Shown in pieces: positions 1 through 12,572 of a stretch of DNA of 64,000 nt. The stretch's first letter is position 1. Each line of letters starts with the position of its first letter. A program made the position numbers and the translations under genes. Source of the stretch: Octopus sinensis (lineage: Eukaryota). The notes beneath the pieces are model-generated. The model saw only the letters and a program-made list of their open reading frames with translations. It did not search any database and was not told the DNA's origin. Where the stretch lies: contig NC_043000.1 in the NCBI RefSeq assembly GCF_006345805.1, positions 32,054,001 through 32,118,000 of the forward strand. The letters run 5' to 3'.

Positions 1-198
1 ATTTAAAATATGGTGCAAAAAAAATAGATGTGAAACTACGATAGGAGAAAATTAAAAATATAAATATGCTTAAAAATATTGATGGAAAATCTATCAATAG
101 TTTTAAGAAATAATGAACAAAGAATATATGAAATATAAACATGCATACATACATACTACATACCACATACGTACGCACACATATATAGATATATAATA

Positions 199-425
199 CT
201 TTATTGGCCACAAGGAGCTAAACTTTGAGGGGACAAACAAGGACAGACAAAGGGATTAAGTCGATTACATCGACCCCAGTGCGAAACTTGTACTTTATTT
301 ATCGACACCGAAAGGATGAAAAGCAAAGTCGACCTCGGCGGAATTTGAACTCAGAACGTAACGACAGACGAGATACCGCTAAGCATTTCGCCCAGCGCGC
401 TAATGTGTCTGCCAGCTCGCCACCT
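199..425 (-). mobile_element. tRNA-derived SINE, family A (about 230 bp)
   Basis: Reverse complement matches the copy at 14643-14872 (GGCGAGCTGGCAGA..GTTAGC head, GAGTTCAAATTCC B-box, CTTTCATCCTTTCGG core). Confidence 0.85.
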
Positions 426-454
426 TAACATGTATATATGTATGTGTGTGCGTG

Positions 455-499
<45 letters not shown>

Positions 500-600
500 T
501 GTGTGTGTGTGTGTATGTATGTATGTATTAGATATATATATATATATGCACACACATATATATATACATATATATACATATTACACACATATACTTACAC

Positions 601-680
<80 letters not shown>
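601..680. repeat. (GATA)n microsatellite; others at 14219-14295 and 35833-36078
   Basis: Direct reading. Confidence 0.95.
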
Positions 681-693
681 CAAAAATAAACAT

Positions 694-1410
694 GGCGATT
701 GTCAGTGTGGGGAAGACAGGGAGAAAGAATAATTGCAAATAAAATAAAAACAAAAAAGGATGGCACTAAGTAAGGTAGAAGTTTCGCCACAAATGTTAGC
801 AGAAACATCCAAAGGCAACCAACTAGCTCTGCTAAAATATGTTATAGAAGAGAAGGTATTTCGTTTGCTCTTTGCTTTTTTTTTAAATAATATTTGCTCT
901 TCTATGAAAATACGTATTTCTAAATCATTCGACTGTGTAATAAGTTTTTATGTTGAATAAACAAAATTTAGAAGAATACCAAACAATCGCTAATTAAGTT
1001 TGGCGAAGGCTACACTTCATACGAAAATCAATTTTTAATTATTTTAGGTGTGGATAAACAAATGAGAGTTCCTTGCACAGTTTTGTGTATTAAAGGTGAA
1101 ACTTCTTTGCATCTCGTTGAAGCTTCATATAGAATCGACGTGGAAAATATTGTTAGGCGTTACCCACGTTACAAAAACACTACATCCTGAAAAACTAGCC
1201 TTAACGTAATATTCTGGAACGCGAATCTTATATTTCATTGATTTCTATATAATACAATGGCAAAATATGCCCGGGTTACGGTATTTCACGATACAACAAA
1301 ATTTTCGTGAATGCAGCTCTTCTGTAACGCGAGGGATGTCTGTATTTGTTTAAGTTGTATTAGTGAGCTAACTTCTGGTAGAGTCGACCTCGGTACTCAG
1401 CAGCCGTTAA
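694..1410 (+). pseudogene. Decayed Merlin/ISXO2-like DNA transposon left end, N-terminal transposase split by an intron
   Basis: Starts GGCGATTGTCAGTGTGGGG. ATG760-855 ends AAG|GTATT. Acceptor TTTTAG| near 1047. The second segment reads PCTVLCIK..., and a few repairs give DGKYCWRCPRC (zinc ribbon of Merlin/IS1595 transposases). Frameshifts and stops present; no DDE domain or right TIR seen. Confidence 0.45.
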
Positions 1411-1992
1411 CGAAAAGTTTTACATCGTTAGTAATACTCTGGATAAATAAAACAATGAATGGCACTCTAAATAGTCAGCTGACTCGCTAGAAATAACAGT
1501 TAATTCACTCTAAAATTCAACACTAGCATCTTTAAAAGGAAGTAAGTTACAAAAAGCAATTCTAAATATTTCTAAAATAACGGAAGGGCCATAACGAAAA
1601 TACATTGGGATAATAATTCTCTCGAACAGGAATGGAGTGAGCTTAAACAACAATAATTTGTTTGAAAATGTTTTGATGTATAATTGAAGACAGAGAAGTC
1701 CTATACCTCACTAAATATATAAAAAAACACAATAACGTAAGTTAATGTTCTATGAGTAGGGAATATTTTTCAGAAATAGCCTCACTAAAACATCAGAACT
1801 CAATTTCTTCTCAGTTCATCTGGATTCCCCTCGTGGCTTCTCTTTACCCCACGGATGTGGTCCTCGGTAAAGATTTCCGTGTGTAAGTTCAAATCTTTTG
1901 AGCTACTCTTTTCTATACAGACTTTCTGTCGATCTTACCTATTAACTCTATTTGCATGTATATGTGCATATTAGCCAGTATATATATGTATG

Positions 1993-2087
<95 letters not shown>

Positions 2088-2164
2088 TAAATGAAATAAA
2101 ACATATGCATATATATAAACATATATGTACGTACCTACCTCTACATGTACATATACACGCATAT

Positions 2165-2362
2165 ATGAGTACAGGACACCAAAGGGACGTCGAACACAAA
2201 GAGAAACGAAAACATAGACACAAATCAAAGGAACTGGACATTTTTTTAAAAACAACAAAAAATGGAATACAGGACAATTAACACAAAGAAAAAACCCCTT
2301 CTTCAGTCGCTATGGTTTCATCTACTCTACGTTTCGAAGGATAAAAGCGAGACGTATCTTCG
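2165..2362 (-). mobile_element. Probable Penelope-like terminal-repeat remnant between TA tracts, with the 3' half of a hammerhead
   Basis: Minus strand: GAAG..CTTC stem, then GAAACGTA (2324-2362). The CUGANGA core is absent, replaced by microsatellite. Confidence 0.35.
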
Positions 2363-2457
2363 TGTGTGTATGTATATATATACATATATATGTATATATG
2401 TATGTGTGTATGTATATATGTGTGTGTATATGTATTTGTATGTATATATATATATAT

Positions 2458-2950
2458 ACTAGCAGAGATACCCGCCCGGCGTTGCCCGTGTTACATACAA
2501 TTGAAGAATTAGACTTTTCTGTTATATTTTCTCTAATGAACTGGAATATCTATGTTTCGAATTATATTTTAGAATTATTATTTAATAGCAAGACGTCATG
2601 TGACTGCCGAATGCACAATGTTGGTAAGAAATAGATCAGCGACGTGGTCGGATAGTCATTGATAGTATTTGTCGTTTAATGATGGCTGAGCCGTGGTTCC
2701 AACGACTGTGCCAGAGATTGACTTCAGCCCAGTGTGTGGTGTTAATAATTGTGCTGCAACATAACGAAAGTCCAATGCTTCATATCACATTGCCAGTCTA
2801 TATTCCCTAGAGAAGTCTTGTGTTCTGTATAAGCGCAGAAGATGTATCTTTCTCCATTTCAAGCTATGAAACCGGAAGTAAACACCGATTCTCTTATGTC
2901 ATTGGAGTTTATTAAATCTGAAAACATGTTTTTAACGTGTTCTCACTAGT
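2458..2950. mobile_element. Helitron/Helentron-like non-autonomous element remnant
   Basis: Terminus ACTAGCAGAGATACCCGCCCGGCGTTGCCCGTG (CTAG plus GC-rich hairpin), related to termini at 25988 and 33431. Right boundary uncertain. Confidence 0.4.
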
Positions 2951-3101
2951 AAGTATATATTACCAGTTACATAAGTAGCTGATATCTCATCAGGCAACCT
3001 AGGTAGGTGGTCAATGTTTTGTGTGGTCAATGTGTTGGTTAATCAATGATTAAATTAGATGAGTTGCCAACAAGGTGATTGATCGACCAGTTGAGATTAG
3101 A

Positions 3102-3288
3102 CTATTTAATTCTTAGTTGTCCTGGCTACAACAAGATCTTCCCATCCTTTGGCATACATTTACAGGTGGGTGTACAATGCTATTTAAGTGTATATTATCC
3201 AGACCATAGGAAAATCTCCCTATCCTTCGGTACATATTTACAGTTAGTGGGGCTGAGCTGTTTCAATGTTAATTGTCGGGGCCACAAC
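3102..3288. repeat. Degenerate 78-bp tandem repeat (about 2.4 units)
   Basis: Units begin CTATTTAA (3102), CTATTTAA (3180) and CTGTTTCA (3258); the first two share ATCCTTYGGYAYAYATTTACAG. Confidence 0.6.
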
Positions 3289-3302
3289 AGCAGCAGTGTC
3301 AA

Positions 3303-3678
3303 GTGGAGGTGCAATGGCCCAATGGTTAAGGCAGTGGACTCGCGGTCGGAGGATCGCGGTTTCGATTCCAAGACCGGGCGTTGTGTGTGTTTATTGAGCG
3401 AAAACACCTAAAGCTCCACGAGGCTCTAGCAGGGGGGGCGACCCCTGTTGTACTCTTTCGCCCTAACTTTCTCTCACTCTTTCTTCCTGTTTCTTGTCCC
3501 CGGCTTCCTACGCAACCGCTGAGCCTGGATGCGCATTCATCCATCCATCAATGCTCTCGGTGTCGGGGGTTGACCAGCTTTCTCTTCTGCGGGTCTTACG
3601 AATATCAAAGGACCACGATTCGGACTTCTCCCACTGCGAGCTCTGGGACGAAGACCGTTCGCTCAACAGCAACAGCAG
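3303..3678 (+). mobile_element. tRNA-derived SINE, family B (possibly an octopus OR-type, tRNA-Arg-related), with TSD
   Basis: A-box TGGCCCAATGG, B-box GGTTTCGATTCC. 16-bp direct repeat CAGCAGCAGTGTCAAG at 3288-3303 and 3679-3694. Second copy at 36955-37340. Confidence 0.85.
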
Positions 3679-4046
3679 CAGCAGCAGTGTCAAGGGCAAA
3701 CTATGATCCACCGCCTCTCTTCCCTTGTTACTATATCCACTCAACCACCTCTACTCACACTCCATTCTATCAATCATACTTATTTCAACAGATGAACATG
3801 GAAGTCTGCCTCGACAGAATTTCATGTTAAAGCAGAGACAAAACTTAATAATATAAAACATTTAAGCTAGTGTTTTATTGTTGTCTCCACCGCTTCAGTT
3901 GCTATAAAATATTAAACCGGAAACCTAGATTGTTCTCTGCCAAAGTTAGTGTTGCCAAACACAGCGCTGAAGTAACACATCTGATATTAGATTATACTAC
4001 GTTTTACTTGGACTTTCATCATCTCTTCGCTATTGATTTCATGTAC

Positions 4047-4365
<319 letters not shown>

Positions 4366-5978
4366 TGGAATAAATGGCATAATTATAAAGGAATAAAATG
4401 AAACCTTGATAAGATAACATTTGTAGTTTGTCTCCAAATATTCAATCTGTTGCATTTCATTTGTATTTCGATTTGTCATGGACCGAAGCAACATGATCAA
4501 CAATTAAAACTTCGACAAAAGAGAGACTACGATAAAAACCACAACGTCAACAACAACAACAACAACAACAAGGACAAAGGCAAACGATGAAACCCCAACA
4601 GAATGACAACGAGAGCAGAAACGATGACAACAGCAAACAAAACACCATGTTATTTCTGTAGTGAAGTTTCGATCGATCAAACATCCTACGTTTCATATTC
4701 TAACTTCTCAATTTAGATAAGGCGATAAATGACGATTTTCCAACCCACACAGTAGATACGTACCAGTCATATCCTCAGGCACTACATTTACTTGTTGTTG
4801 GTTTTTTTTTCAGTTTCTTACCAATGTTTAAAATTACTATATTACTTCTTTTTGCCGACTTCCAGAAAACATGAAATAAAATAAATTGTTAAGGCTGTGA
4901 TTCGATTTTGATCGTCGGTGTATGCAAGTTCAATTAATTTCTATTACTTATTTCTTTAGGAAAGCTCTTAATGCCACATTATTCTCCTACTTTAAAATAT
5001 AGGATTTCTGTGCACAGTCAAGCAGAAAAACAATGTTTCATGTGTATCTATGGTGTGCATCGTAGAAGTTCCGAGCCAGCTGAATTGTGATGTGTTTTTA
5101 ATCTCCAGGTGAAGATCTTTCAATCCACTTATGCCATTAATCTGTTTTAGGAATGGTCGAACGTTAGTCATGCTAATAAATCCAATACATCATTTTCTCA
5201 ACATATTGAACCTTTGGGTGAAATAAAGAAAAAAAAACGAAACAGATTTTTATCTCGGTTAAGTGTGATAAATAAAATATGAAGAATATTATGCGTTATA
5301 CATTGGTGAAATATTGATAAAGTATTGTACATTGATCTGATATTTATGGTTTTGTTTGCTTTTTATTGTTATTTTTACTTTCGTTACTAGACACACAAAG
5401 GCTTCATATTTTAAATAAAGAGGCTTCTGTATTATTGTCATGTCCATAGCAGTGTGATATTCTGAAGTCCACCGAAGGGCATCACAGCGTGAAGTGACTT
5501 CAATTCAAGCTGCTTCACGTTCTTGACAAGTTTAGAGTTTGCTCAACATATATTTAATATTGATTTTCGACAATACCTCCTATTTGTTGGGTTCGGGGAA
5601 TATAAGGGACTGAGTCCAGCTGAAGATGTTCTCGGTACTTATTTTGTCAACCTTGGAGCAGTCGTGGCTATGTGAGTAACTACGCGGTTTCAGGTTCGAC
5701 CTCATATTGCGACATCTTATGACATCGCCTTCAACAATAACCCCAGCTCCACCAAATTGTTATGAGAGAAATTTTCTAAACGAAAGTTGTATAGAAGCCT
5801 ATAAGATGGACCGTTCCTGTTCATAGAGGTCATCTTCCACCTGGTTGAATCTAGCAAATGATAAGGACCGTGGGTTGCCGTTAGTAGAGTCCATCCTGTT
5901 GCCAGTTTTGTAACCAGGTTTCCATTGAAAATAACTTCCTTCCACCATTCTCAGATACCTTCTAAAAAGAACATTGAA

Positions 5979-6225
5979 TGCGTGTGGCCTAGTGGTTAAT
6001 GTGTTACATTCACGATCATAACACTGTTGTTTCGATTCCCAGAACGGGTGATGCGTTGTGTTCTTCAGTAAAACATTTCATTTCACGTTGATCCAGTCCA
6101 ATCAGCTGGCAAAAAGGAATAATCCTGCGATGGACTGGCGTCCTGTCCAGGGGAAATATTGAGATCTCGGTCACACCATAAAAACCGTGTAACCGGCTCT
6201 AAGAGTCTCAGGACTCGAGACAGAA
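5979..6225 (+). mobile_element. Degenerate tRNA-derived SINE; related heads at 7215-7470 and 62790-63130
   Basis: TGGCCTAGTGG A-box and GTTTCGATTCC B-box, followed by TTGTGTTCTT..AAACATTTCATTTCACGTTG..CCAGTCCA.TCAGCTG, shared with the 62.8 kb copy. Confidence 0.65.
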
Positions 6226-7505
6226 GAAGGACATGAGCACTCTCGCTAACTCATAAAATACATTCTAAGAGAAAAAACGAACGCTAGCATTTCAGTTTTA
6301 TTGATGGATTACTAACTATAGATTCTTGAGTCAACATATAATTATTTTATTCACTCGGCTAGGTGAAATTCTCATTTATTAATTAAGTTTTAAAAGATCT
6401 CAAGAACAAATCTCCATTACAATGATGGTTAAACAGAAGAGTTAGCCAAACGTTACAGTATGTATTTTGAACACAACTTGTTACATGAAGTTTTGCTAGT
6501 GATTACATTAAGAAACATAATGTTAACGGATACTTAATAGCTTGATATCAATATTATTATCAAGACTAATATTTAGTTAGTTTAAGAGTAATTAGGACCT
6601 TTCAGTTGTTCAACAAAACCGCCATTAACGCCATAGAAATAGGGAAGTTGAGGCAGACAGTTAGTGACGACAAGCAATAAGTAAACAACTTGTTCATTCT
6701 CAGAAGACTCATTGAGAGTGTGGCAGAAATGTTTCCAGTCAGTGCCACACTATTACATTTGATCAACCAATTTTCTTCGTTTTCCATTGAAATAGGTTTC
6801 GCTGCTTTCATCTTAAATGAGTAAGCATGATTTAGACGCTCATAAAATATGGTTTTCTATGAAATCACTAGTCATAAGTAATTATCAGGCTATAATGTCC
6901 TCTGCGAATCTCTATCAACAGGATACCGTGGCTGGCCTCGATGTTTCTAGACTAATTAACAATGTTAACGTTTGGTTTTTGTTTTGCTTTAGTTTTAATA
7001 ATTCAGTTGCCCTTCTTTGGAAAGTGAATTAACGATCAGAAAATCGCTAATGAGTCATCAATGATTATTTATTCAGAAACTAGATGAGCGCTAAAACGTA
7101 GAGATAAGATGTTTATCGGCCGAATCGACGATCAGCGTTCTATTCTAGGTAGCAATCATTTTCTTTTACATATGTCTTTGATATCCTTTTATCGCGGGAT
7201 TGCCAAGGGTTTACGTTGACTGGTGGTTGAGATATTGCACTCACAGTCGCGAGATGACGGTTTCGATTCCTGGACCGAGTGGTGCATTGTGTGCACGTGC
7301 AAAATGCTACATTTCACGTTTGTCTGCGATTGCTTTGGCATCTGATGGAACACCGTGCACCTCTACAGACAATTAGAACACAATTATTTGATGGTTATGA
7401 ATAAATCATTCGTACAATTTATTCCGCAGGAAGTTGCTGAACCGTCCTCGGTCATCTGCGACCGGAAAGTCCATGCATATCTCATACTAAATGCAAATAT
7501 ATACC

Positions 7506-7739
7506 TATTTCTTTACTACCCACAAGGAGCTAAACACAGAGGGGACAAACAAGGACAGACAAACGGATTAAGTCGATTACATCGACCCCAGTGCGTAACT
7601 GGTACTTAATTTATCGACCCCGAAAGGTAGAAAGGCAAAGTCGACCTCGGCGGAATTTGAACTCAGAACGTAACGGCAGACGAATACGGCTACGCATTTC
7701 GCCCGGCGTGCTAACGTTTCGGCCAGCTCACCACCTTAG
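7506..7739 (-). mobile_element. SINE family A, full length, 15-bp TSD
   Basis: TSD ATGCAAATATATACC at 7491-7505 and 7740-7754. Confidence 0.9.
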
Positions 7740-7963
7740 ATGCAAATATATACCGTAGAAAGCCTGGAAATTTGTTAATCACTGTTTGTTTGTTTTTTTT
7801 TTTGTTTTTTTTTATTTTGTTTTTTTATAAATCAGTGGAAGCTTAATTTGTGTTAACTTGCGGTTGCTAAAGAATTCTTCCTATTGATGATGCTCAAAGA
7901 AACAGAAACAGGCATTTAGAGATTTCACAACTGCAGATGCTTTTTTGTCTGCTACTGATGTGT

Positions 7964-8024
<61 letters not shown>

Positions 8025-8332
8025 ACTTAATCATTATAAACAAAATAATTTTTGCAGGTTATTCAGTCGCGGAAACTCTCATCTAATGTCTACGACAGGA
8101 GAGTCCACCATTACTCGTTTTAAATATATAATTTATGGTGTGTAAATAGTTGTACATATGTAAAAAAAATGATAAATGATTTGGTAACTCAGTCTAGGAG
8201 AGAAAATTTGTCTGCGATAGACTGGTGTTCTATCTCGAAGAAATGGAGACTTTTTTACTTTACCATTCAGAAGTGAAACGGGAATCTGTGAAACGAAATA
8301 CCTGTGCGAGCCAGTTGTGGCTAAACACATGC

Positions 8333-8396
<64 letters not shown>

Positions 8397-8397
<1 letters not shown>

Positions 8398-8765
8398 GAG
8401 TTAATCGATTTTTTTCGTTTTCCACATGAAACGGAAAATAAGGCTGGGGAAGAAATGCCTGTCGCAAAGTGTTTTTCGTAAAAGATGGAAGTCTATAGCA
8501 AGTATGCTGTGAGTGAAAGAACCTGTTTAAACGAGAATATAAAAAAGGAGAAAGCAAAGTCTTCCGTGTGAGTATGTGGTTTGTGGGGTCAACCGCGCCC
8601 TCCGCTTCATCTTTTGTTAATCACTCATTCTCATTTAATTGTATGTATTTTAATTGTTTGTTTATTCATACGTTTCGTCTCATTCGATACCCTGACCCCA
8701 ACGTTTGTTTTGCCTGTCCCCGTATCGTCCCCTCTTTTTCTCAACCTTATGGTGAATAAAGAAAT
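8397..8765 (+). mobile_element. 3' end of a Tx1/L1-group LINE inserted in (TC)n
   Basis: With one frameshift reads LIDFFRFHMKRKIRLGKKCLSQSVFRKRWKSIASML (Tx1-like C-terminus). Then a T-rich 3' UTR with AATAAA; (CT)n on both sides. Confidence 0.55.
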
Positions 8766-8766
8766 T

Positions 8767-8839
<73 letters not shown>

Positions 8840-9289
8840 CTATCTCTCACTCTCTCCTCTCTCTCTCTCTCTCTCTGCCTTTAAAGCATTGTATTTTCGA
8901 CAAGTTTAATGAATGAAATGTTCTTTTTTTTTCGAATTTTTTGCCAACGAGGAACCTTCCGAGCACGTGGATACTTAACACAATACATGCGCTAAACACA
9001 AACACCTGTAACTAATTTATATTGCATCTGTATTTCATTTTAATATACCTTGAAAATTAAGAAAAGCAAGGAACACTCTTGAAACGAGTAAGAAAGAACA
9101 TAACAATGCGTTACTATTAGAATAAATAGATACATTCAGACAAACAGACAGACGGCTGTAGTCGAATGAAAGAAGAAAATAACGTTATTCTAGCAAGTGA
9201 AAAACATTAATTTGCACAAATAAAAGCATTGACAACAACAACAACAACAACAACAACATTTGTTGCTGTTATTTGCTACGGTAGAAAAA

Positions 9290-10250
9290 CAATTGCGTGG
9301 CGGCGCATCATCACTAAAATAAGTACCACCTTACCTGGGGAAATTACCAAGAGCCTACATAAAGGAAAGAGATTTATCTGTTTTTCAAACGAAGAAGGGG
9401 TTTTCCAATGGCCCCTAAAAGAGTTGAAGGAAATCCTAAATGATGTATGGAATCGTGTTTCCTATACTGACCGGAGAAATGAATTTAGAGTTGTTTTCAA
9501 AACTGAAGAGGTGGTAAGAAAACAAGGAAAACTAGCTGGTGGGACCAAGCACTTGCACATAAACCTGGTCCTCCACTCCATAGAACAGAACAACAGGAAT
9601 GTTGCAGTAAAGGAGCCCAGTAGCAAACTCGACCCTACAGTACGGGTTGGTGGGAAGCGTTGAAGTGATAACAATTTACTAGTTATCGGCTTTGATTTGT
9701 ATGGACATGATAAAAGCGATAAGAATAGTAGCGCAGAGCAGAAAGACCAGCTGTTACACAAGTGGAAGTGAGAGCCATCAGAAGTGACTGGAAAAGCAGA
9801 GAAACAGAGAAAGGAAGCAATACCGCAAGGCATTAGTAACAAGGAAACTTAAGTTTGCAGAGTATCATTGGTTGCAGCTCCAAGAATAGCGGAAGAAATT
9901 GCTGAATGCTGAAAATCGAAGACCACGGATTCCCATCCCAGACCATAACCGGAATAAACATGGGATGCAAGGATTAATCGACAAAAAAGAAGAAGAAAAA
10001 AAACAAGGAAAATATGAAACCGAATGAAAAGCCAACAAAACCTGCATAGAGAAACCTGTCTCTGTACTGGAAGTACCAACGTTCAAAATAGTTTAAATAG
10101 TTATAGAAACGCACGTTGCCAGAATATTTAGGAACTAAAGAACAATCAGGAGGCATGAGTTCTTTCTCAGTCACTCAGACTCCTGAGGTGATCATGGGTT
10201 TTTTTTTCCAGTTTGATCCCTTTCAATACCAGGACGCTGAGTACACGAAA
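9290..10250 (+). pseudogene. Possible decayed retrotransposon ORF1/gag-like relic
   Basis: Purine-rich coding-like stretch (ORF 9229-9663) continuing through stops, with RVGGKR...YGHDK resembling an eroded zinc-knuckle region. Weak. Confidence 0.25.
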
Positions 10251-10449
10251 GCAGAAGACGGCAAGGGTTACGGAATATCTTGATCAAGTACACATGGTGG
10301 CTTCTCACCCATGCAGAGCTGGGTTGCTTTTATTGGCTGTATATTGTTATATAGGTTCCATCCTCTTATATTTCTATGTATATGTATGTTTATGCGCGCG
10401 CGCGAGTGTATGTGTGCGTATGTTTTCAGGTCTGTGTATCAACGACATA

Positions 10450-11343
10450 CGCAGTCTGATCAATAAGTATCCGGACTGCTGCCATACTAACGAAACTAAG
10501 GCACGCAGAGTAAAGCCGCTTGGCAAAAATTGACCGTGAACGCGGCTGTGCATGCGCGCTAAGTTTTAACGTTCTTCCTTACTTCCGCTGCTCACAGCGT
10601 TACGTTCTGAAGGTGTTTAGCGTGTGATCGTCGCACTGACCATGACAGAGAAAGTTGTCGTGGCGATACCTGCTCAGAGGCCTTGCAAAGTTGCAGAAAG
10701 TGTATGGAGAGGAGAGTTTGAACCACACACAAGAGTACGAATGGTTCAGACATTTCCAAGATGGCCGAAAAATGTCGATATTGAAGAACGTTCTGGGAGA
10801 CCTGCAATCAGCAGAACTGAGAAAGCTATCGCAGATATGCGTGCAACCGTGAGGGAGAAATCGTCGAATCACCATCTGTGAGTTATCAGAGGATGTGCAG
10901 ATTAGCTACGGTTCAGTTCAGTCCCTTATCACGGAAGATTTGGATATGAGACATGTGTCTGCCAAGTTTGTGCCAAAACTGCTTTCAGCTGACCAAAAAG
11001 ACACTCTGGTTTCAGTTGTACAAGATCTCCTTTGATTGTGTCGAGAACGATGAAAACTTTTTGAAAACTTTGCGTAGACCCTTGAGCAGATATCGCCAAG
11101 CTTTTGGCAAAATTTGAGGCAGATTCTTTGCTCAATTTTCTCTGTTATGGTCGATGCGACAATCACACGTTACACACCTTTCTTCCAAGCATTGCTGTAA
11201 ACAACTAAAGTGAGCTAGAACGTTAAAACTTAGTGCGCATGCACAACAAAGTTTAAGGTCAATGCGTGCCAAGCGACTTTACTCTGCCTGCTGTACCTTT
11301 CATTACTATGGAAGCACTCCGGATATTTATTGATCAGACCATG
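10450..11343 (+). mobile_element. Mariner derivative formed from two inverted left ends
   Basis: TIRs GTCTGATCAATAARTATCCGGA with TA flanks (10448-49, 11344-45). The + strand carries the transposase N-terminus (EWFRHFQDG, RSGRP, VSAKFVPKLL). The - strand repeats the N-terminus (TEKIEQRICLKFCQKLG). Confidence 0.85.
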
Positions 11344-12081
11344 TAAAAAGGTTGACACAGGATGTATTCTATCATGTGACTCTCTGAATGGCCTGTCGCC
11401 GCAACATCCTACGTCAAAATCACAGTCATAAGATAACATATCCTAAACAGATAATCTATAAGTGTATATGTAGCAGTTAAGATCAATGTTAATTAATTCT
11501 GGCAAACATAATACAGCTCGACTGTAATAAACAACAGCTGACATTGTTTTATCAATCGCCAGGACTGAAACAGATTTAATCTCTGTGTTTTATTAGATTT
11601 CAAAACAAATTATGACCAGAGACTCACACGTTCTTACAAGAGCGCTGTTACTGCAAAGAAAATCAGCGTCACTCAATGAATTTTGAAAGACCAAATCTAG
11701 CTACTCGCATCTCAATATGGCTAACCACTAAGGGTGGGTGTTACTGTAGCTTTTAGTCCCAGGAGATCATCGTCTCCAGCTGGCTTTAGGCACACTTTCT
11801 GTGCTCTTATGGTATTTGCAAAGAGAGGTCATCCCTCTCTCGCAAACCTAAGTAATATGCACGGACTGCAGTTTCAAGGTATTTGCCTCTTGTCAACGTA
11901 CGGTAATCACCGGTTTACGATGAAAGGAAGCCCTGTTTGCAAATACTTATGGGTTTTTCTAGTAACTTCCGTCACTGATTTCGAAGTCAAAATAAGGGTG
12001 AAAAAATTGGATATCAATTTAATAACACCAATTTAAACACCAAGTGGCCTAGTCTTCTGTATATATATATATATATTATAT

Positions 12082-12152
<71 letters not shown>

Positions 12153-12159
<7 letters not shown>

Positions 12160-12449
12160 AGGGATATTAGCCAACCGAATATGGCTAGGGACAGGGCAGG
12201 GTGGTGGGGGTGTCACTGTTGCATTTAGCCCCAGGCGAACATCAACGTCACCAGGTAGGCCTGACGCCATCACGGCGCCCTCTATCTTGCAAAGGGAGAT
12301 CACTCACCTTTGCAAGATAGAGGGCGCCGTGATGGCGTCAGGCCTATCTGGTGACGTTGATGTTCGCCTGGGGCTAAATGCAACAGTGACACCCCCACCA
12401 CCCTGCCCTGTCCCTAGCCATATTCGGTTGGCTAATATCCCTTATATTA
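12153..12449. repeat. Near-perfect inverted repeat, 143-bp arms, 11-nt spacer
   Basis: Arms 12153-12295 and 12307-12449, spacer GAGATCACTCA; one mismatch seen (CCAGGTAGG vs CCTATCTGG). Confidence 0.95.
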
Positions 12450-12572
12450 CGGAGCAGTCACTGTCTATATCTCATTTAGAGAATTATTATTGCTATATAT
12501 ATATATATTATATATATATATTATATATATATATATAATATATATATATATACATACATACACACATATATG

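Noticed and set aside
4961-5215. Splice-acceptor-like sites (TTTCTTTAG at 4960; minus-strand tract near 5215) and another at 40675
   Set aside because: Downstream frames stop quickly, with no recognisable protein or matching donor.
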